A stretch of 64,000 nucleotides of DNA from an uncultured Bifidobacteriaceae bacterium (lineage in GTDB: Bacteria; Acidobacteriota; Vicinamibacteria; Vicinamibacterales; JAENWD01): assembly GCA_964446605.1 (NCBI GenBank), contig CAYUPN010000005.1:5039-69038 (forward strand). Reading direction: 5' to 3'. The number at the start of each line of letters is the position of its first letter. The first letter of the stretch is position 1. The notes under the pieces are model-generated. The model saw nothing but the letters and a program-made list of their open reading frames with translations, was not told where the DNA came from and searched no databases. Shown here piece after piece: positions 1 through 9,742 of the stretch. The position numbers were made by a program, and so were the translations under genes.

Positions 1-494
1 TACGCATTGAAGTAGGCGGCCACGGCCTGGTCCGGATCGCACCCGCCGTCGATTTCCCGGCACGCGAGATGGAGTGACGCCGCGTAGCGGACGAGGTCGA
101 CGATGGCCGGGCCATAGCCGGCGTGGTCGAAATCGGCGAGGCCGAAATCGTCATCCGTGACCACGAACTGCTCGAGATGCGCATCGCCGTGGACCGCCGC
201 CGACGGCAGCCGCCAGCGCAGGTCGCGGAACGCTTCGCACGTCCGGTGCTTGAACGGCTCCGCCATCATCCGGAAGTAGCGGAAGGGACTGGCGTCGATC
301 CTGGCGAGCAGGGCCTCAGATGCACCGTTCGATCGCAGCGTGGCCCTGGTCAGCCGGAGACTGAAGATGCGATCACTCGGTGGCCCGATGGGAGCGGGTT
401 GCGCCGGAGCAAGCGGCCCGGCGGTGGTACGACACGCTGCCGTACACACCAGCGCACACACCAGGCTGCTCAGAAGTGCTCGTCGGGCGTTCAT
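1..494 (-). CDS. DUF2252-family kinase-like protein with probable lipoprotein signal (3' end runs off window)
   Basis: Not in the ORF track. Hand translation from ATG at 494 gives MNARRALLSSLVCALVCTAAC...SPFRYFR...VHGDAHLEQF...LADFDHAGYGP..VDLVRYA, matching DUF2252 motifs (SPF.F.R, GD.H, DFD..GP..DL). TAGAAT -10-like hexamer upstream. Confidence 0.7.
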   Translation of the reverse strand, partial: MNARRALLSSLVCALVCTAACRTTAGPLAPAQPAPIGPPSDRIFSLRLTRATLRSNGASEALLARIDASPFRYFRMMAEPFKHRTCEAFRDLRWRLPSAAVHGDAHLEQFVVTDDDFGLADFDHAGYGPAIVDLVRYAASLHLACREIDGGCDPDQAVAAYFNA

Positions 495-583
495 TGCACG
501 GGCCACCGCGATTCTATTCGACACCCACCGTCACGGTGTCGGGGACAGTTGCTGGTGAGATCAAGACGCCTTTGCCGCGCCCC

Positions 584-1567
584 TCACCATCCCAGCACGT
601 GCGCGAAGATGAGCGGCGCGACGATCGTCGCGTCCGATTCGATGATGAACTTCGGCGTGTCGATCGCCAGCTTCTCCCAGGTGATCTTCTCGTTCGGCAC
701 CGCGCCCGAATACGAGCCATAGCTCGTCGTCGAATCGCTGATCTGGCAGAAGTAGCCCCAGAGCGGGACGTCGCGCTCGAGGTCCTGCCGCAGCATCGGC
801 ACCACGCAGATGGGGAAATCGCCGGCGATGCCGCCGCCGATCTGGAAGAAGCCGATCGAGCGGCGCGCCGACTCGCGCGAGTACCACTCGGCGAGCGTCG
901 TCATCGCCTCGATGCCGGTGCGGACCGTGTGCAGGTGGACAATCTTTCCGGTCAGGCAATGCGCGGCGTACATGTTGCCGAGCGTCGAGTCCTCCCAGCC
1001 CGGCACGAACATCGGCAGGTTCCGCTCCATGGCGGCGAAGAGCCAGCTGTCGGCGGTCGAAATCTGGAACGACGCAGCCAGGTCGGGCCGGCGCAGGGCC
1101 CTGTAGAAGAACTCGTGGGGAAAGCAGCGCTCGCCGGCGGCCTCGGCAGCAGCCCATTCCTCCACCATGACGCGTTCCACCCTCCGCATCGCCTCCGCTT
1201 CCGGGATGCAGGTGTCGGTGACGCGATTGAGATGCCGTTCGAGCAGCGCCTGCTCGTCCGCGGGCGTCAGGTCCCGGTAGTGCGGCACACGCACGTAGGA
1301 GTCGTGTGCGACCAGGTTGAAGAGGTCTTCCTCCAGATTGGCGCCGGTACAACAGATGGCGTCGACCTTCCCCTGCCGGATCATCTCCGCCAGCGACAGC
1401 CCGAGCTCCGCGGTGCTCATCGCACCGGCCAGCGTGACGAGCATCCCGCCGCCGGCGTCGATGTGTGCGGCGTACGCCCGCGCGGCATCCACGAGCGTCG
1501 CGGCGTTGAAGTGCCGGAAATGACGATTGAGGAACGCAGAGACGGGCCCTGCCGATGGAACGGCCAT
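584..1567 (-). CDS. deoxyhypusine synthase-like protein (bacterial DHS/homospermidine synthase family)
   Basis: HFNAATL, TLAGAMSTAELG, TGANLEED, PGWEDSTLG, QIGGGIAGDFPICVVP and SYSGAVPNEKITWEK motifs. Confidence 0.9.
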   Translation of the reverse strand: MAVPSAGPVSAFLNRHFRHFNAATLVDAARAYAAHIDAGGGMLVTLAGAMSTAELGLSLAEMIRQGKVDAICCTGANLEEDLFNLVAHDSYVRVPHYRDLTPADEQALLERHLNRVTDTCIPEAEAMRRVERVMVEEWAAAEAAGERCFPHEFFYRALRRPDLAASFQISTADSWLFAAMERNLPMFVPGWEDSTLGNMYAAHCLTGKIVHLHTVRTGIEAMTTLAEWYSRESARRSIGFFQIGGGIAGDFPICVVPMLRQDLERDVPLWGYFCQISDSTTSYGSYSGAVPNEKITWEKLAIDTPKFIIESDATIVAPLIFAHVLGW

Positions 1568-1850
1568 GTCGCTCCCTTGCTGCGACCCGAGCCGGTGTCC
1601 TCCGAGCTCCGCGCGGTCGCGACACGGCCTGCCCGGGCGTCCTACGGCTCACAGGGGTGAACCGCCATCGGGATCGCGGGTGGCTGAGGTGGGAATCGTA
1701 GCAAGCCTCAGCCGCTGCGGACAAGCCGGCGCGCCAGGTCCGTACGGGGATGTGACAAGACTCGCGGTGCACGCGAACGTCCCGACAATTGAGGACCGGG
1801 GAGAAAGGCAGGCCTGCTGTGATGCCCGATCCGATTGCGGGCAAAGACGT

Positions 1851-2495
1851 CTACCGGCCGATCACCAGGTGCATCGCCGCTTCGGTGAAGACGCGCTCCT
1901 TGACGTCGTAGCCGAGCGCTCGCAGGTCGAGACCTTCGAACAGCGCTTCACCGCACCCGAGCAGAGCCGGCGAGATCGCGACGTGCATCTCGTCGATGAG
2001 CCGCGCCTGCAGATACTGGCGGATGGTGGAGACGCCGCCGCCAATCCGCACGTCCTTGCCGTTGGCCGCGTCCCGCGCACGCTCGAGCGCCGCCTCAATC
2101 CCCTCCGTGACGAAGTGGAAGACCGTGCCGCCCTCCATTTCCAGTGGCGGACGCGGATGGTGCGTGAGCACGAAGACCGGCACGTGGTACGGCGGATTGG
2201 CGCCCCACCAGCCCTTCCACTCGTAGTCGGGCCAGGGACCACGTATCGGCCCGAACATGTTGCGGCCCATGATCCAGGCGCCCTGATTCTCGAACGAGCG
2301 CGCCGCGAAGTCATCGTCTGGCCCGGTCGTGCCGCCCTCACGCCGCTGGACGTCCCGTTGGAACGTGCGAGTCGGAATGAGCCAGTCGTGCAGCTGCTCG
2401 CCGCCGCGGCCCAGTGGGTGCTCGCGACTCTGGTCCGGACCGGCACCGAACCCGTCAACCGACACGCTGAAGGCGTTCACGCGAACCTTTGACAT
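1851..2495 (-). CDS. dihydrofolate reductase / RibD C-terminal domain protein
   Basis: FSVSVDGFGAGP, GAWIMGRNMF, PVFVLTH, VRIGGG, LIDEMH..P.LLG.G. Confidence 0.88.
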   Translation of the reverse strand: MSKVRVNAFSVSVDGFGAGPDQSREHPLGRGGEQLHDWLIPTRTFQRDVQRREGGTTGPDDDFAARSFENQGAWIMGRNMFGPIRGPWPDYEWKGWWGANPPYHVPVFVLTHHPRPPLEMEGGTVFHFVTEGIEAALERARDAANGKDVRIGGGVSTIRQYLQARLIDEMHVAISPALLGCGEALFEGLDLRALGYDVKERVFTEAAMHLVIGR

Positions 2496-2510
2496 TACCC
2501 ACCGCGAAGA

Positions 2511-3008
2511 TCAGGGCCGAGTTGCGCCGTCGTCGCGTGACCACAGCACCGCGGCCAGTGCCAGTCCGAATCCCGCCATGCTGACGAAGGTGCGGGCGGC
2601 GTGATAGGTCTCCCACCGCTCCCGGATGGTGGTCCAGTCGGCAGGCAAGGTGCCTACCGTCCAGTCGACGATGGCGTAGTCGATCGGGACATTGACGCTC
2701 AACGTGATCACGAGCGCCACGACGAGCAGCCCCGCTCCGGCGAGCATCAGCGCGAAGCTCGCGCGACGTCGCAGACGACGGAGCCCGATCAATACCGGCA
2801 CGGCCGTAATCAGCGTCGTCGGCATGAGCACGGCCATCGGACCGCCGAGGTTGGCGATCATCGTGTGGCCGACTTCGAGGAACGTCGAGGCACTGATCGT
2901 CCCGATCGAGCGGCTCAGGCTGAACCACGTTCCCCAGAACACGCCTACCACGAGCGCAAACAGGAACAAATGCACGAACAGCGTGACGCGGAGCCACTTC
3001 GGAGTCAT
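2511..3008 (-). CDS. DUF1772 (anthrone oxygenase-like) membrane protein
   Basis: Four hydrophobic segments, NVPID..I..W...LPADW...R.RWE..H..RT; start re-picked at MTPKWLR. Confidence 0.75.
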   Translation of the reverse strand: MTPKWLRVTLFVHLFLFALVVGVFWGTWFSLSRSIGTISASTFLEVGHTMIANLGGPMAVLMPTTLITAVPVLIGLRRLRRRASFALMLAGAGLLVVALVITLSVNVPIDYAIVDWTVGTLPADWTTIRERWETYHAARTFVSMAGFGLALAAVLWSRDDGATRP

Positions 3009-3201
3009 CGACACATGGCAGGCGAGAATATCGTTGAGATCGAAAACCGTCGCATCTGCGACTGCGTTGTACTCGAATGAAAGGACCGTGCCGATACATG
3101 CCGACTCTGCGGCATGCCGGCTGCAAGGGCGCATTGGTGCCTGCCCGGAGCTCGCCGAGCAGGAGCACGGCATTCGCGATTCAATCGCCGTCCGTATGAA
3201 C

Positions 3202-3822
3202 CTATGCGCCAGCGCCTCTGCGCGCAGGTCGACGCGCCTTCGGCGTCGACGTCGCGATCGCCGCAAAGACGAAGTCCAGCATCGTGTTCAGCGGCGCCGC
3301 GTTTCCGCGCATCCGGCTCCGCAGGGCCGCTCCCTCCCAGCAGTCCACGAGCAGGCTCGCGAGCTTCTTCGGATCGGCGTCAATCTCGCCGTTCGCCCGA
3401 GCTTCCTCGAGTGCGCCGGCCAGCCGCTCGGCGATCTGAGCGAAGCAATCCTCGACCGTGCGCCGGAAGACGTCGCTCACCCCCGAGAGCTCCTGCCCGA
3501 GCCCGCCCAGCAGGCACCCCAGGTACCCGTCGTCGCGATAGCTCTCCCGGATCTGCTCGAAGAACTTCCGCACGCGCCGAAGCGGCGGCACGCGCCTGTC
3601 CCCGAGACAGCCGTCCAGCACCGCATGGGCGTGGGTCATGTAGAGGTCGATCGCCTGCAGCGCGAAGTCTTCCTTGTCCCGGAAGTGGTGGTAGAAGGAG
3701 CCCTTTGGCGCGCCGGCCTCCTCGAGCAACGCCTGGAGCCCGAGGCCGTTGTAGCCGTGCTCCAGCAGCATCCCCATGCCGACCTCGAGCAGACGCTGCC
3801 TGGTTGGCCGTGCCGGCGCCAT
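3202..3822 (-). CDS. TetR/AcrR family regulator, NemR/ComR-like
   Basis: HTH (GYNGLGLQALLEEAGAPKGSFYHHFRDKE), GCLLGGLGQE, WEGAALR; start re-picked at MAPARPTRQRLL. Confidence 0.9.
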   Translation of the reverse strand: MAPARPTRQRLLEVGMGMLLEHGYNGLGLQALLEEAGAPKGSFYHHFRDKEDFALQAIDLYMTHAHAVLDGCLGDRRVPPLRRVRKFFEQIRESYRDDGYLGCLLGGLGQELSGVSDVFRRTVEDCFAQIAERLAGALEEARANGEIDADPKKLASLLVDCWEGAALRSRMRGNAAPLNTMLDFVFAAIATSTPKARRPARRGAGA

Positions 3823-3824
3823 TC

Positions 3825-4211
3825 CTACGCTCCCGTCTTCCGGATCATGTGGTCGATGACCTGCGAGTGCGCGTGCTGCGGGCTGAACATGATGATCTCC
3901 GCATCCGCCTCGACGCGCACGTTGTGCCCGGGCGGCCAGTAGAAGAGGTCGTTGGCACGCACCGTCTCCTCCGCGCCGTTCCTGTCGATGGTCGTGAGCT
4001 GCCCGCGCAGCACGAACCCCCAGTGTGGGCACTGGCACAGGTCGCCCTCCAGCCCCTGGAAGAGCGGCGTGGTGTCAACCCCGTTCGCCAGCGTGAAATA
4101 CTCGCCGCTGATCGGCCCGAAGCCGTCCGCGACACCGAAGTTCGCCTGCTGCCGGATCACCGCCCCGGGAATCTCCAGCCGGACGTCGACCTGATCTTTC
4201 GCGACCTTCAT
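3825..4211 (-). CDS. cupin domain protein
   Basis: CQCPHWGFVLRG...LFYWPPGH cupin motifs; GGAGG RBS. Confidence 0.8.
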   Translation of the reverse strand: MKVAKDQVDVRLEIPGAVIRQQANFGVADGFGPISGEYFTLANGVDTTPLFQGLEGDLCQCPHWGFVLRGQLTTIDRNGAEETVRANDLFYWPPGHNVRVEADAEIIMFSPQHAHSQVIDHMIRKTGA

Positions 4212-4250
4212 GGCGTCCCTCCAGGCCTGGCTGCCTCATCTCGGCCATCA

Positions 4251-4301
4251 CTAGACCGACCGGTCTAGCCCACCTTAAGACGCGGCCGGTCCCGTTGTCA
4301 A
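4251..4301 (-). promoter_or_regulatory. sigma70 promoter with overlapping TetR operator palindrome
   Basis: Minus strand TTGACA (4296-4301), 18-nt spacer, TAAGGT (4272-4277); palindrome CTAGACC-GACC-GGTCTAG at 4251-4268. Confidence 0.8.
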
Positions 4302-4441
4302 CCCGGGCGCGACCGCACGGGGGCATGCGCTCATCAAGCAGTACCGGACGGAGGAACGCGAGCTGTCGTGGCGTGCCGGCGCGATCTCGTCGGACCGCCT
4401 GGCATGAGATGCGAGGGCGAACGAGCCGGCTCGTCCCTGCT

Positions 4442-5056
4442 CTAATGCGTGCGAACGAACCGCGAGTACTGGAACGCCTGCGTGCTCCCCCAGGGCGTCC
4501 GGTGGATATGGCGTAGGGAGTTAGCGAGAGAGAATCCGGAACCGAGGCGGCGCGCAAGTGTTTCGGGCGAGTACCGCATGACCGGCAACCCGCTGCATGT
4601 CTCCGGACCATCGGGTGCGAACGTCGCGATGATCGCCGAACCCCTGACCTTCAACACGGCCCGGAGATGGCTCAGGTACTGTTCCTGGTCCTCCGGTGTC
4701 GTCAGGAAGTGGAAAACCGCTCGATCGTGCCAGATGTCCATCGGATCGAGCGTCCAGTCGCCCGTCACATCCGCTTCGATCCACACGGGCACCGATGCGG
4801 TCGCGGCGAGGCGCGAACGGGCGCGTTCGAGCGCCGCGCCGGAGACGTCGAGCACGGCCAGGCAATCCATGCCCCGGGCGACGAGATTGTCGATGAGCCG
4901 GGAGTCGCCGCCGCCGACATCGAGCACGCAAGTGTCCTGGGTCAGGCCTGCGTCCTCGAGCATCTGCAGGGACACGACGGGCAGTTGCTCGAACCAGCTC
5001 ACATCCCGCTCGCCTCGGGAGGTATAGAGCCGCTCCCAGTGACCCTTGCGCTGCAT
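4442..5056 (-). CDS. class I SAM-dependent methyltransferase
   Basis: VLDVGGGDS, LDVS..AL, DIWHDRAVFHFL, IIATFAPDGP..CSGL. Confidence 0.88.
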   Translation of the reverse strand: MQRKGHWERLYTSRGERDVSWFEQLPVVSLQMLEDAGLTQDTCVLDVGGGDSRLIDNLVARGMDCLAVLDVSGAALERARSRLAATASVPVWIEADVTGDWTLDPMDIWHDRAVFHFLTTPEDQEQYLSHLRAVLKVRGSAIIATFAPDGPETCSGLPVMRYSPETLARRLGSGFSLANSLRHIHRTPWGSTQAFQYSRFVRTH

Positions 5057-5276
5057 GACGCCCTCGAGGAGATCATGTCCCCTCCGCGCGCGCCGATCAA
5101 CGTCTCCAGGCGAATTGCGATCGCACTCTGGCGTCGCGACCAGGTACTTCGGCGCGCTGATGTGGCCGGAACTCGTGCCAGAGCGGGCGGCGGTCTATCA
5201 ACGGGTTTGCCGGCCGCTGACCGCGGCCGCGTCCCGTCAGCGACGAAGGGCAGGCCTGCCAGCCGTATGCCAACCG

Positions 5277-5447
5277 GAGCCACCCGCTCGCGTCCCGGGT
5301 TGGGGGTCCGTCCGATTGGCGAGTGCAGTGCCAATCCCCACTCTATAATCCGGAGCACATCCATTCCGATGGCGTCGGATGCACGGCTCGGTCCCTACGA
5401 ACGTCTGTCCCTGGAGTTGGCTGAATGGGCGAGGTCCGGAAGACCCG
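5277..5447 (+). repeat. degenerate copy of the kinase promoter and 5' coding region (other copy 6834-7004)
   Basis: Colinear shared blocks: gagccac.cgctcgcgtcc, gagtgca..gccaatccc, ccactctataatccggagc, cacggctcggtcc.tacgaa, atgggcgaggtc.ggaag.cccg. Confidence 0.85.
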
Positions 5448-6825
5448 AGGGATGCTGTTGCGGTGGTCGGCGGTTGTCGCGGCGATCGTCGCTGCGCCGG
5501 TTCTGCCGTCGGGGCAGGCGTCACGCCCGGCCCGGACGACGGTGTTGAATCACGTCGCTGTCGTCGACGTGAACGCGGGCTCGACGAAACACGACATGGC
5601 CGTTGTGATCACCGGGGACCGGATCACGGCCGTGGAGCCTGCCCGACGAGATTACCCCGCCGGCGCCGATATCGTCGATGCCACAGGAAAGTTCGTCGTC
5701 CCGGGCCTGGCCGATGTGCATCACCACCTCGACACCGGCTTCTCGATGCCGGGCGCACCAGGATCACGACGCGCCGGACCCGAAGACTTCCGCCGCTACC
5801 TGACGCACATGCTCGGGTGGGGCTTCACGACCATCTTCTCCACCGCCCACCTCCACCCTGACCTCGAGGACTTCACCAGCATGAGGCTGGCACACGGCGG
5901 CGGACCGCCGATGGCGCGCTATTTCGGCGTCGGCCGGGGCATCACCGTCGAAGGCGGCCACGCGTCGCAGCCAGCCCTCGCCTCCTTCCTCCCCAGGACA
6001 CCGGAGGAGGCGCGCCAACAGGTTCGCCAACTGAAGGCCGCGCAGGTCGACGCGGTGAAGTTCATCTTCGAAGACCTGGCCTGGCACGGCCGACACGTGC
6101 CGGTGATGCGACGCGACATCATGCGGGCGATCATCGACGAGGCACATGCGCTGCAGCTGAAAGCCATCGCGCACGCGCCGCGCCTGCAGCTCGCGAAGGA
6201 AGTTCTGCGGGCCGGAGGTGACGGTCTGGCGCACTCGGTCGTCGACGCGCCGGTCGACGACGAGTTCATCGGCTTGATGAAGAGGAACCGCGCCTCCTAC
6301 ACGACGACCTTGTCGTTGTTTGCCGCGTTCACCGACATCGAGACCTGGATGCAGCGCCTGGAAGCGCTGGATCATCGCGGCGTGGTTCCGAAGGCCGTCT
6401 TCGCGGGCTATCGGAGCCCCGAGGGCGCCAAGCGGTATTACGAGGTGTTCGGCACGATGACGAGGGAGCAGCCGCTGTATTTGCGCAGCAACCTGCGCAA
6501 GGTCGCCGACGCTGGTCTCCTGGTCGTCGCTGGAACGGACACAAGCGTCCCGGGTGTGCTGATCGGCATCTCGAGCCAGATGGAACTGGTGCTCCTGGTG
6601 GAGGCCGGCTTGACACCGGCCGAGGCGCTGCGCGCAGCGACGATCAATGCTGCCCGCATGCTGGGACGTGACGCGGAGCAAGGCACGGTTGAGACCGGGA
6701 AGCTGGCTGACCTCGTCGTCCTCGATGCCGACCCCTTGCTGGACATACGAAACGTCACACGGCTCCATCGCGTCATCAAGGACGGCGCCATCCTGGATCC
6801 GGCGGAACTGCTGGCCGACCGCTGA
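5425..6825 (+). CDS. amidohydrolase family protein with N-terminal signal peptide
   Basis: DATGKFVVPGLADVHHH (HxH), AHA, LAHS, AGTD, G.VETGKLADLVVLDADP; true start may be the downstream MLLRW. Confidence 0.88.
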   Translation: MGEVRKTRGMLLRWSAVVAAIVAAPVLPSGQASRPARTTVLNHVAVVDVNAGSTKHDMAVVITGDRITAVEPARRDYPAGADIVDATGKFVVPGLADVHHHLDTGFSMPGAPGSRRAGPEDFRRYLTHMLGWGFTTIFSTAHLHPDLEDFTSMRLAHGGGPPMARYFGVGRGITVEGGHASQPALASFLPRTPEEARQQVRQLKAAQVDAVKFIFEDLAWHGRHVPVMRRDIMRAIIDEAHALQLKAIAHAPRLQLAKEVLRAGGDGLAHSVVDAPVDDEFIGLMKRNRASYTTTLSLFAAFTDIETWMQRLEALDHRGVVPKAVFAGYRSPEGAKRYYEVFGTMTREQPLYLRSNLRKVADAGLLVVAGTDTSVPGVLIGISSQMELVLLVEAGLTPAEALRAATINAARMLGRDAEQGTVETGKLADLVVLDADPLLDIRNVTRLHRVIKDGAILDPAELLADR

Positions 6826-6915
6826 TTGGGCGTGAGCCACGCGCTCGCGTCCTGCGGCCCTTCCGATGCGCGAGTGCACGGCCAATCCCGCCACTCTATA
6901 ATCCGGAGCGCAGCC

Positions 6916-9540
6916 ATGCCGCTGGCGCCAGGTACACGGCTCGGTCCGTACGAAATTCTGTCCGCCCTTGGCGCCGGGGGCATGGGCGAGGTCTGGAAGG
7001 CCCGCGACACACGTCTGAATCGGCTGGTCGCCATCAAGGCGAGTCTCGGCCCTTTCACCGAGCGCTTTGACCGTGAGGCTCGGGCCATCGCGGCGGTGAA
7101 CCATCCTCACGTCTGTTCGCTTTACGACGTCGGCCCCGACTACCTGGTCATGGAGTTCGTCGAGGGTGCATGGCTGCAGGGCCCGCTGCCGCTCGCTGAG
7201 GCGCTCTCTCTGGCCGAACAGATCCTGGACGCGCTCAACGCCGCGCACGACAAGGGCATCGTCCACCGCGATCTGAAGCCCAGCAACATCCTGCTCACCA
7301 AGAGCGGCGTGAAGGTTCTCGATTTCGGACTCGCGAAGATCGCGCACGCCTCTGCGGTCGCCGGCACCACCCTCGTGGAGACTGACACCGTGTCGCTGAC
7401 GGCGGAAGGCTCCATCATGGGTACGCTGCCGTACATGTCGCCGGAGCAGGTCGAAGGCCGGGACGCTGACGCGCGCAGCGACATCTTCGCCTTCGGCGTC
7501 GTCCTTTACGAGTTGATCGCCGGCACGCGACCGTTCACGGGCCAGACGCAAGCCAACCTCGTTGCCTCGATCCTCAAGGAAGAGCCGCGATCTCTGCTCG
7601 AGGTGCAGCCGCGAACGCCGCGCGGCGTCGCAGAGGTGGTGCGAACCTGCCTCGAGAAGGACCCTGAGAAGCGCTGGCAGTCGGCGCGTGACGTGAAGCT
7701 CGCACTCAGGTGGATGGCGGCGGAGCCTCCGCTGTCGAGCCCCGCGCGATCAATTCGCGTGTGGCAGGGGTTGGCCGTGTTGATGGCGGCGATCGTGCTG
7801 GGGATTGGCGCGTGGGTCTTCCGACCCACGGCGCCGGGCCTGTCCGGCCGATTCGAGGCGCAGGTGCCGGAGGAGGTAACTGCCTTCGGTTACATATCGG
7901 CATCGCCGGACGGCCGCACGCTGGCGATCACGGGGACCGCTCCACGTGCGCACGGGATATGGGTGCGGAGTCTCGATGCCAGTGAATGGCGGCGCCTGCC
8001 GGGGACCGAGGGCGCCTCGAGCCTTTTCTGGTCCCCCGACAGCCGGTACGTGGGTTTCATCGTCGGCGGCACGGTCAAGAGAATCGACACGACCGGCGGG
8101 CCGCCGGAGACGGTTACCAGTGTTCCTGCCATCACCACGCTCGTACCGGGCACCTGGAATGCTCGTGGCGATATCGTGCTTGGCAGTTGGGGCGGAGGAT
8201 CGGGTGGTCCGCTCTGGCGAGTGTCCGCGGCAGGCGGCGCGGCGACCCCGGTGACACAGGTCGACCTGTCCCAGGGAGAGTTCGTTCATACGTTGCCCAC
8301 GTTTCTTCCCGACGGTACTCACTTTCTGTATTTCCGCTCCGGACCGCCCGACGTCGAGGGCATGTACGTTGGTTCGCTCGACGTCGATGCTGGGAACCAG
8401 TCGCGTGAGCGGATCTTGGCCACACGTGTGCCAGCGAGCTTCGCGAACGGCCACCTGTTCTTTCTGCGCGCCGGCACGCTGATGGCGCAACCTTTCGACG
8501 CGCGCCGCCTGAAGCTCCAGGACGTTCCGCCCGTACCTGTGGCCGAGAACATCCCGATCACGTGGTACTTCACCGGAGTGTTTACGGTGTCGGACCGCGT
8601 GCTCGTCTACCAGACGGCAGCGGCGCCCGGCACCTTCCAGCTCACCTGGGTTGACCGCCAGGGAAAGGTTCTGGGCACCGTCGGGCCGCCGGGAACGGAC
8701 GGGCGGGTGGTGTTGTCGCCGGATGGCACACGCGCAGTCGCGAAGGATTCTCAGTACAGCGTGGCGGGCGATCTCTGGATGCTGGACCTTGTCGGCGGTG
8801 GGCGCACGCGTTTCACATTCAACAGGAGCGTGTACTCGCCCGCGGTGTGGTCTCCAGACGGCGACCGCGTTGCCTACTCGGCCGGCCATCTCGGGGACAC
8901 GATCTACGTGAAAGCCGCGTCCGGACTCGGCGGCGAGCAGGTGCTGCTCAAGGAGCCGGGGCTGCGACACTTCGTGACCAGCTGGTCGCGGGACGGTCGG
9001 TTTCTGCTCTATCACACCGAAAACGCGGCGAACACGGGATACGACCTGTGGGCGCTCTCCGTCAGCGACCGTACGCCACATCTGATGCTCGGCGAGACCT
9101 ACAACGAGTGGGCCGGCGTCTTTTCGCCCGACATGCGCTGGGTCGCGTACGCATCGCTCGAGGCCGGACTTTCCTCCGACGTCTATGTGCGCCCGTTCCG
9201 GGTATCGGAACAAACCGGACAGCCGTCATTCGGCGAGGGCAAGTGGCAGATCTCGGTGGACAGAGGCAACTGGCCACAGTGGCGCATCGACCGGGAGATC
9301 GTCTTCAACACGGCTCCACGGGAACCGGCCAGTTTTGCCGCTCCAGTGAACACAACGGGTGCGGTCTTCGAGAGCGGCGTTCCCCGTCGGCTGCCCTTCC
9401 CTGCGATCGGGGGCGTGGATGCGGCTCCGCAGTCCACCCCCAACGGCCAGCGCTTTCTGATCGAAGTGCCGGTGGATCCACCAGCGGTTCGAAGAACATT
9501 CCATGTCGTGATCAATTGGCCAGCGTTGCTGAAGCAGTGA
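6916..9540 (+). CDS. Hanks-type Ser/Thr kinase with TM segment and C-terminal PD40/TolB-like beta-propeller
   Basis: LGAGGMGEVWKA, VAIK, HRDLKPSN, DFGLAK, GTLPYMSPEQ, DIFAFG; repeated WSPD/SPDG; TATAAT and GGAG upstream of ATG 6916. Confidence 0.93.
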   Translation: MPLAPGTRLGPYEILSALGAGGMGEVWKARDTRLNRLVAIKASLGPFTERFDREARAIAAVNHPHVCSLYDVGPDYLVMEFVEGAWLQGPLPLAEALSLAEQILDALNAAHDKGIVHRDLKPSNILLTKSGVKVLDFGLAKIAHASAVAGTTLVETDTVSLTAEGSIMGTLPYMSPEQVEGRDADARSDIFAFGVVLYELIAGTRPFTGQTQANLVASILKEEPRSLLEVQPRTPRGVAEVVRTCLEKDPEKRWQSARDVKLALRWMAAEPPLSSPARSIRVWQGLAVLMAAIVLGIGAWVFRPTAPGLSGRFEAQVPEEVTAFGYISASPDGRTLAITGTAPRAHGIWVRSLDASEWRRLPGTEGASSLFWSPDSRYVGFIVGGTVKRIDTTGGPPETVTSVPAITTLVPGTWNARGDIVLGSWGGGSGGPLWRVSAAGGAATPVTQVDLSQGEFVHTLPTFLPDGTHFLYFRSGPPDVEGMYVGSLDVDAGNQSRERILATRVPASFANGHLFFLRAGTLMAQPFDARRLKLQDVPPVPVAENIPITWYFTGVFTVSDRVLVYQTAAAPGTFQLTWVDRQGKVLGTVGPPGTDGRVVLSPDGTRAVAKDSQYSVAGDLWMLDLVGGGRTRFTFNRSVYSPAVWSPDGDRVAYSAGHLGDTIYVKAASGLGGEQVLLKEPGLRHFVTSWSRDGRFLLYHTENAANTGYDLWALSVSDRTPHLMLGETYNEWAGVFSPDMRWVAYASLEAGLSSDVYVRPFRVSEQTGQPSFGEGKWQISVDRGNWPQWRIDREIVFNTAPREPASFAAPVNTTGAVFESGVPRRLPFPAIGGVDAAPQSTPNGQRFLIEVPVDPPAVRRTFHVVINWPALLKQ

Positions 9541-9742
9541 GCCGCAACTCAGATCGATAGCTGAACCAGATCCGTTCCGGCGTTTGAAACTGTCTGCGAA
9601 TGTCGTCAGGCCTGAGCCCGGCGCCTTTGCGTTCGTCGTGGGATCCACCAGGGGCCGAGGATCGGATACTCGTCGTCGGTCTCTGGCGAACGCCTGGCAG
9701 CGTGCCAGACCTGGTGGACCTCGGCGCAATCAGCGGCCGCTC

